A DNA stretch of 64,000 bases from a bacterium (lineage in GTDB: Bacteria > Electryoneota > JAOADG01). A program made the position numbers and the translations under genes. The DNA lies in NCBI GenBank assembly GCA_963681965.1, contig OY820579.1, positions 2,016,001 to 2,080,000 of the forward strand, in the 5' to 3' direction. Positions 59,219-64,000 of the stretch are shown here, piece by piece (the stretch's first letter is position 1; the number at the start of each line of letters is the position of its first letter). The notes under the pieces are model-generated. The model saw nothing but the letters and a program-made list of their open reading frames with translations, had not been told where the DNA came from and did no database searches.

Positions 59219-59941
59219 TCAACGAATCGCGAAACTGACGGAAACAACTGCCATGATCTCTTTCTCATTCGTGCTGGTGTCGTACATACCGTAGTCGGAA
59301 ACAGCATTGGAATTGAGTCGGGTTACCTGAAAGACTCCGACTTTAGCATTGCGGATCGCTCCGACTTTGCTACCAACCCCTTCGGCGATTTTTTCGGCAC
59401 GGGCGTGCGCATCTTTCGTCGCTTCTGCCAACATATCCATCCGGAATTCATTCAATTTCGTCACCAGATATTCGAGCGGATACGATTCGATCGGAATCCC
59501 TTCCAGAATCAATTCATTCGCTTTCTGCGAGAGAATTTCGATCTTCTTGATGTCGGCACCGCGCACCTCGAATTGTTGCAATAACCGATAACTCGAGATC
59601 TTGCCGGTTTCTCTTCCACCGATGAATTCCGGCATCGAGTTGGTCTGCAACGACTGCCATTCAACGGATGAATCCGCGACGCCCTGATCGTGAAAATATT
59701 GTTTCGTACGCTCGACACTCTTCTTCAATTCCTTGTACGCATTTTGCATACTCGGTAGCTGTACCGACACGCTCCCGCGCCAGACCACATAATCCGACGT
59801 GATCGGTTTCCGAGCCGATCCGGTCACCGTGATCGTATCGTTCGATTTGATATTGTGCAAAGAAAAGAAGACGAGCAAGCCAAAGATCACGATCGAAATT
59901 GACAAGTACAGAAATCCCGTGACCGAATTTTTTTGTTCCAT
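59219..59941 (-). CDS. SIMPL (DUF541) domain protein
   Basis: TM anchor, ITVTGSA, EATKDA..RAE.IA, GVFQVT..NS, YDTST. Confidence 0.88.
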   Translation of the reverse strand: MEQKNSVTGFLYLSISIVIFGLLVFFSLHNIKSNDTITVTGSARKPITSDYVVWRGSVSVQLPSMQNAYKELKKSVERTKQYFHDQGVADSSVEWQSLQTNSMPEFIGGRETGKISSYRLLQQFEVRGADIKKIEILSQKANELILEGIPIESYPLEYLVTKLNEFRMDMLAEATKDAHARAEKIAEGVGSKVGAIRNAKVGVFQVTRLNSNAVSDYGMYDTSTNEKEIMAVVSVSFAIR

Positions 59942-59983
59942 TGTGTTCCCCGATGAGTTGATGTACCGCACAATGTACAATAT

Positions 59984-60700
59984 CTAACGCAATTTCGCAT
60001 TCGGGTGACGGTGAAATACCGATGGATCGATCGCGACCGGTAGATTGGGATGAGAACTTTTCTCCACCATTAACCGAACAGTTTGCCGAACACTGCTATC
60101 GGCAACGACGAGTTGTTTCCAATGCTCGCGTCCGATCAATTTCGGCAGGAGTAACTCGCAATCGGGATGCGTTGGGAGACCTTCAGGAAAGGGGTGCTCC
60201 TCGGTGAATATCATCTCGGTGGAAGGTCGATCAATTCCGCCAACAGTGGTTTGAAAACACCGATCCAGTGCCAATTCTGAAGACATATTGTCGGGAACAT
60301 GCAAAATCTCGGCATTGCGCTTGGAGGCACCAAACGGAGCGATGATGAAGTCCGACCAAGTCAGAATAGCAGGATCGATTTCGATCGCGATCCATTCCAA
60401 TTTCCACTGTCTTCCACTAAGCCGATAGAGATAATCGGATGGCACGCGTTCCAACGAACAATTGACATGATTTTGAAGGGCGGCAAAGGTAATATCGGAT
60501 CGGTTTCGGTCGTGGATGCGAGTCAGAGCGCCATTGAAACCGTGCTTGTTCACGAGCCCGGAATACGATAAAATCTCGCCATCCTGCAGGATTTCCGGTA
60601 AGTTGATGCGAATATGCGTACAGTGGAGCAACCGAATCGGACGGATTGAATTAGTCCGGGAAGTTGAGCGGAGCCATCGACTTAGCGATTGAAGCCACAT
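59984..60700 (-). CDS. DarT-like (DUF4433) ADP-ribosyltransferase family protein
   Basis: LLHCTH..NLPEILQDGEILS, D.NR, HVNCS, W..IEIDP.IL, PT.PDCELL resemble DarT motifs with the Glu retained. Confidence 0.6.
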   Translation of the reverse strand: MWLQSLSRWLRSTSRTNSIRPIRLLHCTHIRINLPEILQDGEILSYSGLVNKHGFNGALTRIHDRNRSDITFAALQNHVNCSLERVPSDYLYRLSGRQWKLEWIAIEIDPAILTWSDFIIAPFGASKRNAEILHVPDNMSSELALDRCFQTTVGGIDRPSTEMIFTEEHPFPEGLPTHPDCELLLPKLIGREHWKQLVVADSSVRQTVRLMVEKSSHPNLPVAIDPSVFHRHPNAKLR

Positions 60701-60711
60701 TGCAGACCAAG

Positions 60712-60743
60712 AAAAAGGGTTCTAATAAAATAGAACCCTTTTT
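60712..60743. terminator. Terminator after tlpA (symmetric A/T tails)
   Basis: AAAAAGGGTTCTA-ATAAAA-TAGAACCCTTTTT. Confidence 0.8.
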
Positions 60744-60801
60744 GATAATGTACAAATAATAAAACATTCTTGCGGTAAATCTTTGTTGCCAGTCCGACTG
60801 G

Positions 60802-61383
60802 TTATTTCGATCCAGTCACACGCTCAATCGATGCTTTCCAGAAATCCATATCGCGATATCCAACCAACCGGTCGACAATCTGTCCCTGATCGTTCAAAAT
60901 GAACGTATAGGGAATGCCACCGCGATCTTCTTCTGGTAACAATCCCTGATAAGGATCCTGAAAATCGCGACCGACGATGCCGATTGGATAATTCACCCCG
61001 TTCTTCTTTACCCATCCTGCAACTGCCTCGTCTTTACCTTCTTCGACCGAGAGCCCGATCATCTGCAGCTTGTTCGGATATTTCTTCACCAGCTCAATAA
61101 AATGCGGAATCTCTTTACGGCAAGGAGGGCACCAAGTCGCCCAGAAATTAACGATAGTGACTTGTCCCTTTTTGAAATTCAACTTGATTGGTTTACCATC
61201 CATACCGGCAACTTCAAACCGGGGAAAACTGTCGGTGCTTACAGTAGCACTGTGTGGTGACGGCGAAGCAATTGCAACACCAGCTTCTTTCGTTTCGTTC
61301 GAAAGATTCGAATTCATCAACCAAAACGACAACGATAAAGCAATAGTGGCTATTGCGAATATGATCAAAAACTGACGTTTCAT
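60802..61383 (-). CDS. TlpA/ResA-family thiol-disulfide oxidoreductase
   Basis: N-terminal anchor; NFWATWCPPCRKEIP; GIP. Confidence 0.93.
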   Translation of the reverse strand: MKRQFLIIFAIATIALSLSFWLMNSNLSNETKEAGVAIASPSPHSATVSTDSFPRFEVAGMDGKPIKLNFKKGQVTIVNFWATWCPPCRKEIPHFIELVKKYPNKLQMIGLSVEEGKDEAVAGWVKKNGVNYPIGIVGRDFQDPYQGLLPEEDRGGIPYTFILNDQGQIVDRLVGYRDMDFWKASIERVTGSK

Positions 61384-61477
61384 CTATTTTTTCCTCTATA
61401 TAAAAGTCAACCAGAAAACCCGTTTGCGATGAAACAGTCGATGGAACACGAGCACAGGCTAGTTCAATAACGAACGA

Positions 61478-61795
61478 TTAAAGTAGTTTGTTGATCTGCT
61501 CGGCAATTTTGCCCTTCGCTTGCAGACCGTTAATGGTAGCTAATCGTTCGCCATTCTTGAAGAACATCACCTGTGGAACGCTGAATACCTGATACTTTTG
61601 CGCGACTTTAGTCGATTCGCCAACGTCGATGTAAAACACCCGAATCTTGCCGGCATACTCGTTGGCAAGTTCCGCCATGATCGGATGCAATTTTTTACAC
61701 GGACCGCACCATGTGGCGCCGAAATCGATTACGGTCAGCATCGGGTCGTTAATCCCAGCTTCAAATTTCTCGTCGTTCCATTGTTCGACTGACAT
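61478..61795 (-). CDS. trxA: Thioredoxin
   Basis: DF.ATWCGPCK, SVP; 105 aa. Confidence 0.93.
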   Translation of the reverse strand: MSVEQWNDEKFEAGINDPMLTVIDFGATWCGPCKKLHPIMAELANEYAGKIRVFYIDVGESTKVAQKYQVFSVPQVMFFKNGERLATINGLQAKGKIAEQINKLL

Positions 61796-61884
61796 AATAA
61801 AGCTCCTACGCTAGTGATACGTAACAAGTTGTTTTGGTTGTCGGAAGATAGTTGCTAATAAGAACTATCTATCATGAATTCCGA

Positions 61885-63822
61885 TCAGAATTTCGTGGAT
61901 TGGATCCACTGAATGGTTTCTGCCGGAGCTTTAAAGCCGGCAAATCGATTGCGTTCCTCTCCGTTTGGAGTCAACAACAACACCGTCGGCAGCCCTTGAA
62001 TCCGGTATTTCGTCATCAGCGCTTTGGTTGTTTCGTTTTGTTTGGTAAAATCAAATTTCAATAAAACAAAACCACCTACTGCTTGTTTAATTCCCGCATC
62101 AGGCCAGGTTTTCTCGTCGAGTTCGACGCAAGCGGCACACCAATCGGCGTAAAAGTCGATTAATACCGGTTTGTTTTCCGCTTTTGCTTTTGCCAATGCT
62201 CCGGTTTCATCGTTGCGTAACCAAGGCAAGCCGGCTTCCGGTTGGGCACTGCTTGATGTGATTGCCACGGGTGCTGGTGTCAGCAATTTATTCAATTCAA
62301 ATAGTGGCATTGTCACGGCAAGAATTGCGACCATTGCAGTAATTAGTAACAGGACTGCCACCGCACGACTAAAAGCTGTTCCTAATGAAAGATCGTCGTC
62401 AGCCGAGAGTGGCTTGCCCCACAACAAAATGCCACTGAATGCCAGAAGTACCGACCACAGCAGATATAACAGCGATGCGGGGAGGTATGCCCGCACCAGG
62501 AACAGTGCGCCTGCCAGCAACGCCATGCCGAAGAATTTCTTAACGGCGACCATCCATTCACCCGCGCTTGGTAACGCTTGCAACATGCCGCTGAAAGTTC
62601 CGATCACGATAAACAGCAATCCCATTCCGAGCGAGAAGGTGAACAGCATAAAGAAACCGATCGCAAGACTGCCTGATTGTGCAACCCATGCCAACAGAGC
62701 AACCAGTACCGGTCCGACACAAGGCGCGGCAACCAGTCCACTGAGACCACCCATCACGGCAGCACCGAAGTAGCCACCTTTGGTTTTCCCTTGCGCTTCC
62801 GCGGCAAATCCCGGTATCGGAATATCGAATACTCCCAGCATCGATACACCCATAATCGCAATGATTGCGGCAATCGGTCCCATGAACCACGGGGTTTGAG
62901 TAAAAGATCCGAAAAGTGCGCCAGTTGAAGCGGCTAGTAAACCGAGTGTCGAATAGACGATCGCCAGACCCAGCACGAATGCGAGCGATAGCGTGAATCC
63001 GCGCAATTTGCTGCCGCCGGAACGACTGCCGATGTAACCCATTGTAATGGGAATTACCGGATACACACACGGCGTCAGCGATCCCAATACACCACCAAGA
63101 AATACTAACAGAAAAGCAATCCAGCTACCCGACTTTAGCGCGTTTTGAAAGCGGACTTCCAGCGGTTCATCGACGGCTGGCGTGGACGTTACAGGTTGAG
63201 CGCTGGTAGCAGTTGTAACCGTCTCCGGCTTCGGAGCAGTATCAGTTTGAATGGGTGGTGAAGTTGGTGTAGGAGCTGACGGAGTGGGTGGTACGACTGG
63301 AGCGACGTATGCAGTTTCGGATGTATTACCCTTGCGTAAGACTAATCTCACTTCGCGATCGGTGGGCATAAAGCACTGTTTCGCACCGGTCTCGGCACAG
63401 ATCTGATACCCCATTGCGAGCGGCAACTTTAGTTCTTTCCAGTCGGAAGTTCCAGCGATCTTCACCGTGGATTGAATAATGATCTTCCCTTGAAAGACTT
63501 CATCCTTTTCGAATTTCTGCATTGCGGGGTATTTCCACTCGCCGAATTTCAGATCAAGGGTATCTCGTACTTTGAGCTCGAAAAAGCCATTATCGCGACT
63601 GGTGATATGATATCCTTCTGGCATTGCGATAATTACTTTGACAATTGCCGTTCCCGATGCAGGAAGCGGGGAAGGTGACGTTGCTGACGTTACCGGGACA
63701 TTGGCAATTGGATCGAATTTGTCGACAGGAATCGGTTCCGCTAAAGCGATATAGACGAAGATGGTGACGATGATCAGGATTGAGGTTGAGAAGCGCAGCG
63801 ATCGTCGCAATGGTCTGGTCAT
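61885..63822 (-). CDS. dsbD: Thiol:disulfide interchange protein DsbD
   Basis: N-domain C....C, TM LTPCVYP and AAPCVGP, C-terminal DFYADWCAAC; ATG at 63822 overlaps the upstream TGA. Confidence 0.93.
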   Translation of the reverse strand: MTRPLRRSLRFSTSILIIVTIFVYIALAEPIPVDKFDPIANVPVTSATSPSPLPASGTAIVKVIIAMPEGYHITSRDNGFFELKVRDTLDLKFGEWKYPAMQKFEKDEVFQGKIIIQSTVKIAGTSDWKELKLPLAMGYQICAETGAKQCFMPTDREVRLVLRKGNTSETAYVAPVVPPTPSAPTPTSPPIQTDTAPKPETVTTATSAQPVTSTPAVDEPLEVRFQNALKSGSWIAFLLVFLGGVLGSLTPCVYPVIPITMGYIGSRSGGSKLRGFTLSLAFVLGLAIVYSTLGLLAASTGALFGSFTQTPWFMGPIAAIIAIMGVSMLGVFDIPIPGFAAEAQGKTKGGYFGAAVMGGLSGLVAAPCVGPVLVALLAWVAQSGSLAIGFFMLFTFSLGMGLLFIVIGTFSGMLQALPSAGEWMVAVKKFFGMALLAGALFLVRAYLPASLLYLLWSVLLAFSGILLWGKPLSADDDLSLGTAFSRAVAVLLLITAMVAILAVTMPLFELNKLLTPAPVAITSSSAQPEAGLPWLRNDETGALAKAKAENKPVLIDFYADWCAACVELDEKTWPDAGIKQAVGGFVLLKFDFTKQNETTKALMTKYRIQGLPTVLLLTPNGEERNRFAGFKAPAETIQWIQSTKF

Positions 63823-64000
63823 GGTTTCTCCGAAGTTGTAAGCCAAGTCTCCTGGTAACCGAGTTTCGATAAATCATCGCGAATTTTCATCGCGCTGTCG
63901 ACCGAGCGTGCATTACCTACACGTACACGGTAATTGCCCTGATACAGCGGTAGAACAGTAACCGGTTCGGTAGTTTTATGCTTCAAAATCATCGCAAGCG
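63819..64000 (-). CDS. SPOR domain protein, 3' fragment
   Basis: Minus frame reads ...GNYRVRVGNARSVDSAMKIRDDLSKLGYQETWLTTSEKP*; ATGA overlap with dsbD; truncated by window edge. Confidence 0.75.
   Translation of the reverse strand, partial: LAMILKHKTTEPVTVLPLYQGNYRVRVGNARSVDSAMKIRDDLSKLGYQETWLTTSEKP

Noticed and set aside
1-64000. tRNA/rRNA genes, stop-codon recoding, selenoproteins
   Set aside because: No cloverleaf or rRNA-like segment seen; recognised genes are full length under the standard code (checked by eye only)

Overview
Bacterial chromosomal window (about 50% GC, Shine-Dalgarno sites in use). Several secreted proteins carry T9SS type-A-like C-terminal domains, and a GWxTD protein and bS22 are present, which suggests a non-Bacteroidota FCB-superphylum lineage (inference). 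Content is mostly housekeeping: HU/IHF fragment, bS22, xseAB-nadK-ftsY-rimO-GWxTD-ldcA-purN, purH, pta, clpX-ftsB, lutABC-pdhABC, mutY, nadA, xerD, rpe-PASTA-rsmB-fmt, tricorn protease and dsbD-trx-tlpA. I saw no rRNA, tRNA, CRISPR array, transposase or prophage. The most unusual features are: (1) several REP/RPE-like palindrome families that form intergenic arrays and also sit in frame at three sites of a secreted SBBP-repeat gene; (2) a 1223-aa TPR + degenerate STAND-like + intact NYN RNase protein; (3) a stand-alone XylR_N/V4R phenol-type sensor paired with a 63-aa protein; (4) an orphan DarT-like ADP-ribosyltransferase directly behind a terminator; (5) two tandem AraC regulators, each with an internal in-frame SD+ATG at the domain boundary; (6) apparent HIP1-like enrichment of CGATCG. 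All calls are by eye from motifs; no database searches were run.
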